Source: an uncultured Acidobacteriaceae bacterium (GTDB lineage Bacteria > Acidobacteriota > Terriglobia > Terriglobales > Acidobacteriaceae). From it: a DNA stretch of 64,000 bases. The stretch covers positions 4,721 to 68,720 of the forward strand of contig CAXSZW010000010.1 in the NCBI GenBank assembly GCA_964242025.1, written 5' to 3'. The position numbers were made by a program, and so were the translations under genes. The notes under the pieces are model-generated. The model was not told where the DNA came from. It was given only the letters and a program-made list of their open reading frames with translations, and ran no database searches. Positions 1 through 8,824 of the stretch are shown here, piece by piece (position 1 is the stretch's first letter; each line of letters opens with the position of its first letter).

Positions 1-1236
1 ACCACCCGCACCGCCATGCACGGCCTCCAGCTCGCCGTCCCCCGCTTCTCGCTCGACGGTAAGCAGATCGCCTTCATCGGCGGCCTCATGTCAGACCAGG
101 GCTCTACCGGCGGCGACGTCTGGACAGTCCCCGCAACCGGCGGCGACCCCACCGACGTCACCCCCAACATCGACGGCACCCCCACCTTCATCAACTGGCT
201 CGCTCCCGGCGTACTCGGCCTCGTCGAAGACCGCCGCGGCCACTCCCTCCTCGTCGGCTGGGATATCGACCACAAAAACGCCCTCGGCTCCTATGACCAG
301 GGCGAAACCAACATCACCGGCGGCCCCATTAAGATGGCCGTCTCCTCCGCCGCCCCCAACACCGTCGCCTTCGTCAAGTCCGGCCACGACCAGGCCCCCG
401 AGGTCTTCGCCGGCGATCTCGCCCAGGGCCTCACCCAGATCACCCATCTCAACGATGGCGCCAAGCCCTCCGCCCGCACCGAATCCATCGAATGGACGAA
501 TGATTCCTTCCACGTCCAGGGCTGGCTCACCTACCCCAGCAACTACGACGCCCATAAGAAGTACCCCATGATCGTCACCGTTCACGGCGGCCCCTCCGCC
601 TCCGCCTCCGCCCACTGGGGCAGCGATCTCTGGTCCCAGCTCGGCTACTTCGTCTTCGCCCCCAACCCCCGCGGCTCCTTCGGCCAGGGCGAAACCTTCA
701 CCGCAGCCAACCGCAAAGACTTCGGCTACGGCGATCTCCGCGACATCCTCGCCGGCATGGACGCGGTAGAAAAGAAAGTCTCCGTAGACAAATCCCGTGA
801 AGGACTCATGGGCTGGAGCTACGGCGGCTTCATGTCGATGTTCGCCGTCACCCAGACCCATCGTTTCCGGGCCGCCATCGCCGGCGCCGGCATCGCCAAC
901 TGGCAGTCTTACTACGGAGAAAACTCCATCGACCAGTGGATGGTCCCCTTCTTCGGTGCCACCGTCTACACCGACCCCGCCGTCTACGCCAAATCCTCCG
1001 CCATCAACTTCATCAAGCAGGCCACCACCCCAACCCTCGTCGTCGTCGGCGACCGGGACGGCGAGTGCCCCGCCCCCCAGTCCTTTGAGTTCTGGCACGC
1101 CCTCCGCGCTCAAGGCACCAAAACCCAACTCGTCGTCTACCCCAACGAGGGCCACCACTTCGTCACCCCGGCCAACGTCTCGGACCTCGAAGCCCGCGAA
1201 GTCGACTGGTTCACCAAAAACATGCCCGCCAACTAA
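1..1236 (+). CDS. S9 family serine peptidase (prolyl oligopeptidase / acylaminoacyl-peptidase type), C-terminal part; 5' end lies outside the window
   Basis: The frame is open from base 1. It has a GWSYGG nucleophile elbow, then DRDGECP (Asp) and NEGHHF (His), in the order expected for an alpha/beta-hydrolase catalytic triad. The N-terminal part looks like beta-propeller repeats. Confidence 0.85.
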   Translation, partial: TTRTAMHGLQLAVPRFSLDGKQIAFIGGLMSDQGSTGGDVWTVPATGGDPTDVTPNIDGTPTFINWLAPGVLGLVEDRRGHSLLVGWDIDHKNALGSYDQGETNITGGPIKMAVSSAAPNTVAFVKSGHDQAPEVFAGDLAQGLTQITHLNDGAKPSARTESIEWTNDSFHVQGWLTYPSNYDAHKKYPMIVTVHGGPSASASAHWGSDLWSQLGYFVFAPNPRGSFGQGETFTAANRKDFGYGDLRDILAGMDAVEKKVSVDKSREGLMGWSYGGFMSMFAVTQTHRFRAAIAGAGIANWQSYYGENSIDQWMVPFFGATVYTDPAVYAKSSAINFIKQATTPTLVVVGDRDGECPAPQSFEFWHALRAQGTKTQLVVYPNEGHHFVTPANVSDLEAREVDWFTKNMPAN

Positions 1237-1267
1237 CCCCATCCGCAAAACTAACCCCTGCTCCTCT

Positions 1268-1315
1268 GAGCCGTCTAACCGGGATCAAACCCTTTAGGCG
1301 GCTCTCCCTTTTGCC
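1268..1315 (+). terminator. Putative rho-independent terminator after the S9 peptidase gene
   Basis: GAGCCGTCTAA (1268-1278) pairs with TTAGGCGGCTC (1294-1304), 11 bp with one G-T pair. It is followed by TCCCTTTTGCC. Confidence 0.4.
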
Positions 1316-1496
1316 CCCAAAACACCTTCCTGACGCCACACCCCTAAACCCTGACCTCCGCGTCATTTGCTTCTCATCCGCCCACCTTTTAGACTCAGGG
1401 TTGGGAAAACCCAGAAATTCTTGGTTCGACCGTCTCTGCCCGGCGTAGGCTTCCGCCGAAGTTCCATCATCGCCGAATCAGAGACGGGGAGGTTTC

Positions 1497-3827
1497 ATGC
1501 GTCGTTTGCTTACGTTCGTTGTCCTGGTCCTGTCGTCCCTTCCTATTGGCATCTCCGTCGCCGGTTGTTCCAAAGGTGTCTCCGTCACCTACTGCAACGG
1601 CGCTGATACCGGCCCCGTCGTCGGACAGGTCGCCACCATTGACCTGGAGCCCCGCGCCACCGGAATCTCTCTCAATCAGGGACAGATCGGCAGCGTCGGC
1701 ACCCCCACTGCAAGAGACTGCATGTCCAACTCCGCCACCGTCAGCTCCTACGCCTACGGCAGCACCAACACCAACCTCGTAGACGTCGAGCCCTCCAACG
1801 GCCGCCTCTGCGCCGGCACCTGGAATCGCAACACCGGCGGCGGCATCGCGGACTTTACCGTCTGCAATCCCAACAACGCCACCGGCATCGCGTACATCAC
1901 CGCTTCGGCGGCCACCGCCACGTCCAACGCCCTTCCCGTCTTCGTTCATCCCATCGTCACCAGCATCGTACTCGGCGCGGCCTCCACCAACTGCTTCACG
2001 GATCCCGCCAGTAATTGCATCCCCCCGTACCCCGGTACGCCTCTCTGCTCCACCGCAACCGCCACTCCGCCCAACAGCGCCGTCGCTTATTCCGGCAACT
2101 CCTGCGTCTCCCAGGGTCAGGCCGCGCAGCTCGTCGCCCGTGCGTATGCCGGCACCGCCACCGCCCAGACCAATATCAGCTGCCTCGTCGGGCCCCTCAC
2201 CTTCTCCGCCTCCAACCCCACCTCCAGCTCCGCGGCCACCTCTGTCGTCACCATTGACCAGAACGGCGTCGCCACCGCCGCTGAGCCAGGCTCCGCGCTC
2301 ATCAACGCCACCATCTCGCAGTCGTCTTCCACCGCCGGCTTCTTCGCCACCTGCCCGCCAAAATCCATCGTGCTCACCGCGGCCGGCTCCAGCACCGCGC
2401 CAACCGCGCCCCTCAACATCACCCAGAACGTCCAGCAGGACCTCGTCGCCACCGTAACCGATACCAACGGCAACCCCATCACCAACGTCACCCTCTCCTA
2501 CCAGTCCACCGTCCCGCAGACCGTCGCCGTCGGTGGCAGCATCGTAACACCCGTCTTCCCCGGCGCCGCCAGCATCACCGCCACCTGTCAGCCGCCCACC
2601 TGCAACACCGCGCCCTTCAACCAGATCGGTCTCTTCGGCAACGGCCTCCCCGTCACGTCCAACAACGTCCAGATCAACGCCACCGGCACGGGCAACAGCA
2701 CGGTGCTCTATATCGGCAGCACGAACTCCCTCTACATCCAGCCGTACGACTTCACCGTCACCACCCAGCCCGCGCCCACCCGCCTGCCATACGCACCCAA
2801 CTCCATGGTGCTCAGTGAAGACCTCTCCACCATCTACATGGGCAACGCCAACGAGATCATGGTCTTCAGCACCCTCTCCAACTCGCTCACCAGCCAGATC
2901 ACCGCCATCTCCGGCAACGTTCTCGCCGTCTCCAACGACAACTCCACCATCGTCGTGACCGATCCCGTCCGCCAGCTTGTCTACCTCTACCTCGCCAGCG
3001 GATCCATCCAGTCTGAGTACGGCGGCGTAGGCACCCACGCCCAGTTCAGCCCGGACAGCCAGACCGTCTACATCACCACCACGGACGGACGCCTCCTCAC
3101 CCACTCCAACTTCACCGGTTGGAACTCCGAGGTCCTCACCACCCAGGGCACAGACGTCGCCGTCACCGTTCCTCATGCCGGAGCCTACCTCGGCGGAACT
3201 CCCGTCCGCGGTTACACCATCTGCCCCGCCACCACGGTCACGGGCGCAAACGGGGACCAGACCACCACCAACGTCTTCTATCCTCTCGCGGACACCACCA
3301 CCGCCGTAGCCGACCGCATCGCCGCCACCAATGACGGCGCTCACATCCTCGGTGCCTCAGCCGCCGCCGGCACCCTGACGGACATTCAGGTCGCTGCCAA
3401 AACCGGTGCCTGCCCCGTCAACTTCACCAGCACCACCAACACCCCACTTAAATTCACCGCGGCAATCCCCTCTGCCATCACCGGCATTCTGCCCACCACG
3501 GACTCCACCTTCGCTCTCGTCACGTACACCGGCGCCGGCGGCGTCGTCCCCCAGTACACCCCGTCCTCCAAAACTCTGGCCAATATTGCCCTTGTCAAGA
3601 GCTCCAGCGGCGTCACCCCCACCGCACCGGTCGCCGGCATCATCAGCTCAGACAACAACACGGCGTACATCGGAACCTCGGGCGATAACCTCATCCACCT
3701 TCTCACCCGCGGCATCACCGGCTTCACGGACATCAACACTCCCCTCACACCGGCTCTGCCCGCCGTCAGCAGCGGCATCGCAGTCCCCAACCTCATCGTC
3801 CAGAAGCCTCGCAAGGGCACCAACTAA
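1497..3827 (+). CDS. Large lipoprotein of unknown function with Ig-like (Big_2-like) repeats followed by a beta-propeller-like region
   Basis: GGGAGG Shine-Dalgarno sits before the ATG. The lipobox signal is LSSLPIGISVAGC. The protein is T/S/N-rich with repeated motifs such as VTDTNGNPITNVT and ...STIYMGN/...STIVVTD that resemble propeller blades. Codon usage matches neighbouring plus-strand genes. Confidence 0.7.
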   Translation: MRRLLTFVVLVLSSLPIGISVAGCSKGVSVTYCNGADTGPVVGQVATIDLEPRATGISLNQGQIGSVGTPTARDCMSNSATVSSYAYGSTNTNLVDVEPSNGRLCAGTWNRNTGGGIADFTVCNPNNATGIAYITASAATATSNALPVFVHPIVTSIVLGAASTNCFTDPASNCIPPYPGTPLCSTATATPPNSAVAYSGNSCVSQGQAAQLVARAYAGTATAQTNISCLVGPLTFSASNPTSSSAATSVVTIDQNGVATAAEPGSALINATISQSSSTAGFFATCPPKSIVLTAAGSSTAPTAPLNITQNVQQDLVATVTDTNGNPITNVTLSYQSTVPQTVAVGGSIVTPVFPGAASITATCQPPTCNTAPFNQIGLFGNGLPVTSNNVQINATGTGNSTVLYIGSTNSLYIQPYDFTVTTQPAPTRLPYAPNSMVLSEDLSTIYMGNANEIMVFSTLSNSLTSQITAISGNVLAVSNDNSTIVVTDPVRQLVYLYLASGSIQSEYGGVGTHAQFSPDSQTVYITTTDGRLLTHSNFTGWNSEVLTTQGTDVAVTVPHAGAYLGGTPVRGYTICPATTVTGANGDQTTTNVFYPLADTTTAVADRIAATNDGAHILGASAAAGTLTDIQVAAKTGACPVNFTSTTNTPLKFTAAIPSAITGILPTTDSTFALVTYTGAGGVVPQYTPSSKTLANIALVKSSSGVTPTAPVAGIISSDNNTAYIGTSGDNLIHLLTRGITGFTDINTPLTPALPAVSSGIAVPNLIVQKPRKGTN

Positions 3828-3838
3828 CTGACGATCAA

Positions 3839-3870
3839 ACGGGTCCTTCCGCATACAGCGAAGGACCCGT
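3839..3870. terminator. Hairpin between convergent genes, possibly a bidirectional terminator
   Basis: ACGGGTCCTTC (3839-3849) and GAAGGACCCGT (3860-3870) form a perfect 11-bp stem with a 10-nt loop. There is no strong U tract. Confidence 0.45.
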
Positions 3871-3901
3871 CGTAGTGCACTGCCGTGTCGCCTAAAGCCT
3901 T

Positions 3902-4444
3902 CTAGCGCAGCCCCGGCCCACCCTCCTGCCACTCGTAGATCACCACCCCCACATCGCTCAGGTACTTCATCGCCGCCTCCATGTTCCGCCGCACCTCTGG
4001 CCGCGCCGAAACCGGAACGTCATGCGCCTCTTCCACCGCCACCACACGACCATACGGCCATGAATTTTGTGGAATTGCATTCAAAGCCACCGGCAAATCC
4101 GTCGTCCTCACATTCAGGTCCTGCCGCCTCGCCCCCACCGGCCGCATGATCCCCCCCACCCCAAGATCCGACGGGTTCGCATCCGCGACCGTCACATGCA
4201 GCGTCACCATATTTCCTTGTACGGTCAGGTAAGGATTCTCCCAGGACGTCAGCGTCTTCACCGCCATATACCGCGTCTTTGACGGCGGCGGAATCGCGTC
4301 GAGCTCCTGCCGTATCTCATCCAGTTGCTTCCGCTGCCGAGCCGCGGCCTCAGATCCCGGCGCCGGTGCGACAACAGGGCCGCCATTACATCCACAAACA
4401 AAAAGAAAAGAACTCAGGGCCAGAGCAATCGCAGGGTTTCGCAC
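3902..4444 (-). CDS. Lipoprotein, function unknown
   Basis: Lipobox signal peptide MRNPAIALALSSFLFVCGC. Wobble bias is coherent with other minus-strand genes. Confidence 0.65.
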   Translation of the reverse strand: MRNPAIALALSSFLFVCGCNGGPVVAPAPGSEAAARQRKQLDEIRQELDAIPPPSKTRYMAVKTLTSWENPYLTVQGNMVTLHVTVADANPSDLGVGGIMRPVGARRQDLNVRTTDLPVALNAIPQNSWPYGRVVAVEEAHDVPVSARPEVRRNMEAAMKYLSDVGVVIYEWQEGGPGLR

Positions 4445-4468
4445 TCCTCAAGCATAAATGCACACGCC

Positions 4469-5245
4469 CTACTTCCCCGTCCAGGTCGCTGCCCTCTTCT
4501 TCAGAAACGCCCTCACACCCTCTCGCTTATCCACGGTCCCACTCAGCCGCCCAAAGATCGTAGCCTCAACCGCCAACGCCTCCTCCAGCCCAAGCCCCTC
4601 TCCCTCATACACCGCCTCCAGGCAAGCCCCGACTGCCAGCGGGGCCTGCACCGCAATCGTCTCTGCCAACTTCATCGCCTCCACTAATAGCTCCCCTGCC
4701 GGGTACACCCGGTCCACCAGCCCGATCCTCTGCGCCTCGCTCGCCCCAATCATCTCCCCCGTCAGCAGCAGCCGCAGCCCCTCACTCTGCCCAACGAGCC
4801 TCGGCAGCCGCTGCGTCCCTCCATACCCCGGCAGCAGCCCCAGCTTCACCTCAGGCTGCCCCAGCCTCGCCCCCGCCGCCGCCAGCCGAAACGTACACGC
4901 CATCGCCAGCTCGCATCCTCCCCCCAGTGCAAAGCCGTTGATCGCCGCGATGACGACCTTCCCACACCTCTCAATCCGTCGAAACACCCCCTGCCCCCGC
5001 AGCGACAACGCCTCCCCGCTCACCTCATCCGTCTCCGCCAGCTCTGCAATATCCGCCCCCGCCGCAAACGCCTTCTCCCCCGCCCCCGTCAGCACCACCG
5101 CCCTCACCCCCGCATCGAACCCCGCAAACACCTCATCCAGCTCCTCAAACATCGTCCGATTCAGCGCATTCAACACCTGCGGCCGGTTCAACGTCACTAC
5201 TGCCACCGCCCCGCGCCGTTCCACCAACACCGTCTCAAACCCCAT
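4469..5245 (-). CDS. Enoyl-CoA hydratase/isomerase (crotonase family)
   Basis: VAVVTLNRPQVLNALN, GAGEKAFAAGADI and AAINGFALGGGCELAMACTF are crotonase fold signatures. I chose the ATG at 5245 (MGFETVLVERRG), which gives about 258 aa. The ORF-track extension to 5575 overlaps ribH and looks spurious. Confidence 0.85.
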   Translation of the reverse strand: MGFETVLVERRGAVAVVTLNRPQVLNALNRTMFEELDEVFAGFDAGVRAVVLTGAGEKAFAAGADIAELAETDEVSGEALSLRGQGVFRRIERCGKVVIAAINGFALGGGCELAMACTFRLAAAGARLGQPEVKLGLLPGYGGTQRLPRLVGQSEGLRLLLTGEMIGASEAQRIGLVDRVYPAGELLVEAMKLAETIAVQAPLAVGACLEAVYEGEGLGLEEALAVEATIFGRLSGTVDKREGVRAFLKKRAATWTGK

Positions 5246-5290
5246 CGCGCCCTCCGGCTCATACTCGTTGATGACGATACAATCGAACCT

Positions 5291-6157
5291 ATGATCAAGG
5301 GAATGACACTCGTCCGCGCGGTCGCTGCGCCGGATGAATTTTCGCGGCTCTCCGAGCTCTTTGCCTCGCTCGGATTCGAAGCCGGCAAAGGCTGGCAGGA
5401 CGCCGGTTCCACAGGCGCGGCCTACCTCGCACCACTCGGAAATCTGGAGCTCGTCTCCGGCCTCCAGCCCGCCACACCCGAGCTCCTCATTGAGGTCACC
5501 GACCTCGACCACATCCACGCCGCCGTCAAACGCTGGCTCTCCGCTTCCCTCCGCACCGAAGAGGTCGCCTTCCATCTCTCAGAGGTCGCCCACACCCACT
5601 GGAACTCCCGCCTCTTCACCGCCCAACTCTCTGAAGCCCTCACCGTTGCTTTCTGGCAGTCCGAAGACCCCTTCCACGGCCAAATTGCCGCAGTCGAAGG
5701 CTCCCTCAACGCCAGCGGCATGAAGTTCGCCATCGTCACCACGCGCTGGAACACGGTCATTACGGACCGCCTGCTTCAGGGCTCGCTGGACTGCCTCCTC
5801 CGCAGCGGCGCAGCCCGTGCCGATATCACCATCGTCCGCGTCCCCGGCGCATGGGAGGTTCCCAACGCCGCCCGCACCCTCGCCGAATCCGGCAAACAAG
5901 ACGCCATCATCACTCTTGGCTGCCTCCTCCGCGGCGAAACCGCCCACTACGAGGCCATCTACAACGAGGTCGCCCGCGGCATCGGCCAGTCCCAGCAGGA
6001 GACTGGCATCCCCCACGCCTTTGGCGTTCTCACCTGCGAAACCCTTGAGCAGGCCCTTGATCGCGCGGGCCTCAAGGCCGGAAACAAGGGCTTTGAAGCC
6101 GCCAGCGCCGCCATTGAGATGGTCTCCATCCAGCGCAAGCTGAAGGGAGCCGCATAA
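5291..6157 (+). CDS. ribH: 6,7-dimethyl-8-ribityllumazine synthase (RibH) with an in-frame N-terminal extension of about 125 aa resembling a VOC/glyoxalase fold
   Basis: The C-terminal 160 aa (IAAVEGSLNASGMKFAIVTTRWNTVITDRLLQGSLDCLLRSG...VPGAWEVP...CLLRGETAHYE...FGVLT) matches RibH from its first beta-strand onward. There is no stop or plausible start codon between the extension and that strand. Confidence 0.8.
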   Translation: MIKGMTLVRAVAAPDEFSRLSELFASLGFEAGKGWQDAGSTGAAYLAPLGNLELVSGLQPATPELLIEVTDLDHIHAAVKRWLSASLRTEEVAFHLSEVAHTHWNSRLFTAQLSEALTVAFWQSEDPFHGQIAAVEGSLNASGMKFAIVTTRWNTVITDRLLQGSLDCLLRSGAARADITIVRVPGAWEVPNAARTLAESGKQDAIITLGCLLRGETAHYEAIYNEVARGIGQSQQETGIPHAFGVLTCETLEQALDRAGLKAGNKGFEAASAAIEMVSIQRKLKGAA

Positions 6158-6579
6158 TGGGTACCCGCCGCAAGTCCCGCGAGCTCACCATGCAGATGCT
6201 CTTCCAGGGCGATCTCGGCAAGCAGTCGCCTGACCAGGTCACCCGGCTCTTCTGGTCCTCGGTTACGGATGTGGACGCGGAGACCCGCGGTTTTGCTGAG
6301 GATCTGTATCGCGTTGCCACCAGCCGCCAGGTTGAAATCGATGCGCTCATCGAGCAGCACTCCAAGAACTGGCGTCTGGAGCGCATGCCCGTCGTCGACC
6401 GCAGCCTCCTTCGCGCCGGCATCGCGGAGATGCTCGGTTTCCCCAAAACCCCGCACGCCATCATCATCAACGAAAGCCTTGAAGTAGCCCGCCGCTACGC
6501 CGCCCCTGAGAGCGTCAACTTCCTCAACGGCGTCCTCGATGCCGTTGCCCGCGACCTGCTTAAAGCGCGCCTCAGTTAG
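6157..6579 (+). CDS. nusB: Transcription antitermination factor NusB
   Basis: MGTRRKSRELTMQMLFQ... and RYAAPESVNFLNGVLD are typical of NusB. The ribH-nusB pairing is conserved. The ribH TAA and nusB ATG share one base. Confidence 0.9.
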   Translation: MGTRRKSRELTMQMLFQGDLGKQSPDQVTRLFWSSVTDVDAETRGFAEDLYRVATSRQVEIDALIEQHSKNWRLERMPVVDRSLLRAGIAEMLGFPKTPHAIIINESLEVARRYAAPESVNFLNGVLDAVARDLLKARLS

Positions 6580-6585
6580 CGCGCA

Positions 6586-6713
6586 ATTTCACCACGACCA
6601 TAGGAACACGTGTGGTGAATTGCACCACAAACCGTGGTTTCCGGATGGTGAAACGTGGTCCAGTGACAGCGCACGGTATGGTGAACCCCGCGATTGGCGC
6701 GGGGTTCACCACG
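6586..6713. repeat. Cluster of TTCACCA / TGGTGAA heptamers forming several hairpins, downstream of nusB
   Basis: Exact heptamers begin at 6588, 6613, 6646, 6679 and 6705, with degenerate copies between them. The stretch is non-coding and lies between convergent genes. Confidence 0.5.
6680..6710 (+). terminator. Strong hairpin, a candidate nusB terminator, embedded in the motif cluster
   Basis: GGTGAACCCCGCG-ATTGG-CGCGGGGTTCACC forms a perfect 13-bp stem. It is followed by ACGTTTGC. Confidence 0.5.
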
Positions 6714-6879
6714 TTTGCAAACACTATTGATGGAGTGATGGTGGCCAGCTAATAACAAGTTGGTTAATTTTGGCCCCTGGCGTGCGTTTTTGCATGGGCA
6801 CTTTTCCCAGGTGCAGCCGGCACATTAAGCTCCGCGCAGAGCATGACAAGTGGTCGCGACATCTGAGGATCGTCGCAGG

Positions 6880-7962
6880 TCACATCAGGAAAAACTTGGA
6901 GTCGACCGTATCGCCCTTCGTGCGGATGATGGTTGACGCGGGCGCAACGTTACCGTTCGCGGTCGCCGAGAAGACCAGAAAGTCCGTTTGCCCGTTGTTC
7001 ACCACGCTCATGAAAATGTTCCCCGCAGAGTCGACAAACACGCCATCTGTATAAAAACTGACCGGCACCTTGGAGCCTGTGATCGTCCGGGCAGGAGTCG
7101 CTCCCGCAACGGAACCCTTGGGGAAGACGTAAATCGCTGGTTGGTAATTCCCCGCGAGGGGGTTGTAGGACGGATTGGGGGCTCCGCCTTGTGAGACGTA
7201 GATGTTTCCCGCAGAGTCGAGCGCAACTCCGGTAGCGACAATGGTCGGAGCCGTAATGATGGTCGAGGGCACATTACCCGTCACGGTCGCCGGAAACTCG
7301 ATAACCTGGGATCCCTGATATCCGCTGCCCGTATTGACAGACCCTGTCACGACATACAGATTATCGTTCGCATCGAAGGCCATCTGGGGCATGGCTGCGG
7401 TCAGTAGAGTCGATGATCCAGCAAGGGTGCGGATGGGTGTTGCTGCCCCTGTCGCTGTCGGTCCAAAGACTTCGATGGTGCTGTTGATCGCAACATACAA
7501 ATTGTTCGCGGAATCCAAAGCCAGGGAGTTGACCTGCGGCGCGTTCGATGCTGCCGTAGCCACGACGATGGTGCGCGTGGGTGTGACCATGCCCTGCGCA
7601 AACACCGACACCCCCGCTTGCGTTGCCGAGTAAGTTGCGGCATAAATGTTGCCTGAGGCATCTCCAGCCACCGCCAGAGCCCCCACCGGGTAGGAGAAGT
7701 TGGGCGACACCGTTCCGTTCAGGTTCGCGGTATAGACATCAAGCGATTGATTCGCTAAATCGATGCTGTAGATGTTCTTCGCAGTCACAGCGGGATTGAC
7801 GGTAGGCGCCGGGGTGGTAGGCGTCGTGACGACGGGAGGAGATGTGGATGATCCTCCGCATCCACTGATCATGGTTGGCGCAGCGAAACTCAGCAGCAGC
7901 ACAAATCCGTAGCGAACAAGAGTTGAGAGGATCTTCAAGGGATGAACGGAATGCTTGAACAT
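6880..7962 (-). CDS. Lipoprotein with NHL/SBBP-like beta-propeller repeats
   Basis: GGAG lies 7 nt before the ATG at 7962. Lipobox is FAAPTMISGC. The blade motif recurs: DASGNIYAA, DSANNLYVA, DANDNLYVV, DSAGNIYVS, DSAGNIFMS. Confidence 0.7.
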   Translation of the reverse strand: MFKHSVHPLKILSTLVRYGFVLLLSFAAPTMISGCGGSSTSPPVVTTPTTPAPTVNPAVTAKNIYSIDLANQSLDVYTANLNGTVSPNFSYPVGALAVAGDASGNIYAATYSATQAGVSVFAQGMVTPTRTIVVATAASNAPQVNSLALDSANNLYVAINSTIEVFGPTATGAATPIRTLAGSSTLLTAAMPQMAFDANDNLYVVTGSVNTGSGYQGSQVIEFPATVTGNVPSTIITAPTIVATGVALDSAGNIYVSQGGAPNPSYNPLAGNYQPAIYVFPKGSVAGATPARTITGSKVPVSFYTDGVFVDSAGNIFMSVVNNGQTDFLVFSATANGNVAPASTIIRTKGDTVDSKFFLM

Positions 7963-8104
7963 ACATGCTCCGCAACTCAATCTGGTTGCTGGAACGGTAA
8001 ATTACTCGCTGCGGAGACACACTGCAACGGAAATCGTGCTCGAGCACGAGAACGCTCAAGCGATGCCCTCCCATTTTGCCTCGTGAACACATCGCCTCCG
8101 GAGG

Positions 8105-8761
8105 CTAAGGCCTCTTAGCCGCAGACACCGGGATCACCGTAATCCGAACCACTTGATCTAGCTTGGGAAATTCCCGGTCCAGATACCCGTTGCCGCCCCG
8201 GAACATCTCTTCCTGCTTGCCGGCGCGCATGCCGCCGCCGGAGTGTTCGCCGTAGCCGCCGTACAGCTTTTCGACGACGTCCATCCCCTCCACCACCTTG
8301 GCGAACGTCGCAAAGCCCGCCTCGATATCGTTCCTTGCCCGGTTGTCGCCGGTGTTGATGAAGACCTGCGTCGAGCGCGTGTTGGGGCCGGTGTTAGAAA
8401 ACGCCACATACCCGCTCACGTTGTGCTCCAGCAGCGGATCATCCTGGATGGTCCTGCCCCGCCACGCCTGCGCGAGCCTGGGATCGCCCGCGATGCCAAA
8501 CTGCGCCCACTTGCCCGGCACGACCCGAAAAAACCGCGAGTTGTCGTAATAATGCAGGCGCACCAGCTTGTAAAACCGGTCCGCGCCCCGGGGCGACCAC
8601 GCGCGATGCGCCTCCAGGGTAAACGCTCCCGCCGACGTCTCCACCCGCACGTCAAACACCTGCGGTGCATGAGGATGAAAAAAAGGAAACACGGAGCCTC
8701 CGCACAACTGATCCGAGTAAACCACGCCGCGCCCCTTCTTTCCCGCATCCAACAACCACAT
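8105..8761 (-). CDS. Peptidyl-prolyl cis-trans isomerase, cyclophilin type
   Basis: FYDNSRFFRVVPG, GYVAFSNTGPNTRSTQVFINTGDN and FAKVVEGMDVV are cyclophilin signatures. The ATG at 8761 has an AAGGAA Shine-Dalgarno. The track's upstream TTG start at 8800 is less likely. Confidence 0.8.
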   Translation of the reverse strand: MWLLDAGKKGRGVVYSDQLCGGSVFPFFHPHAPQVFDVRVETSAGAFTLEAHRAWSPRGADRFYKLVRLHYYDNSRFFRVVPGKWAQFGIAGDPRLAQAWRGRTIQDDPLLEHNVSGYVAFSNTGPNTRSTQVFINTGDNRARNDIEAGFATFAKVVEGMDVVEKLYGGYGEHSGGGMRAGKQEEMFRGGNGYLDREFPKLDQVVRITVIPVSAAKRP

Positions 8762-8824
8762 TTCCTTTGCACGTTTTCTTTGCACGAGACCACACACCAA
8801 ACCGAGGCACGCCTGGAGGGCGCA

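Noticed and set aside
5246-5290. An FMN riboswitch upstream of ribH.
   Set aside because: Only 45 nt separate ribH from the divergent crotonase start, which is too short for an FMN aptamer. No conserved FMN-element strings were seen.
5246-5575. The N-terminal 110-aa extension of the crotonase ORF in the track (4469-5575).
   Set aside because: The extension overlaps ribH, is Gly/Glu-rich nonsense, and the family fold starts right at the internal ATG (5245).
6570-6880. A tRNA, tmRNA, RNase P or SRP RNA in the structured nusB-downstream gap. Other gaps longer than 150 bp were also checked by eye.
   Set aside because: No T-loop GGTTCGAATCC-like box, no acceptor/CCA context and no conserved RNase P or SRP motifs were found by eye. 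This needs Infernal or tRNAscan to be definitive.
8243-8824. The upstream 190 aa of the 385-aa ORF 8243-9400.
   Set aside because: It is antisense to the cyclophilin gene and R/H/P-rich. Only the C-terminal lipocalin portion, with its signal peptide and a Shine-Dalgarno-preceded TTG at 8825, looks real.
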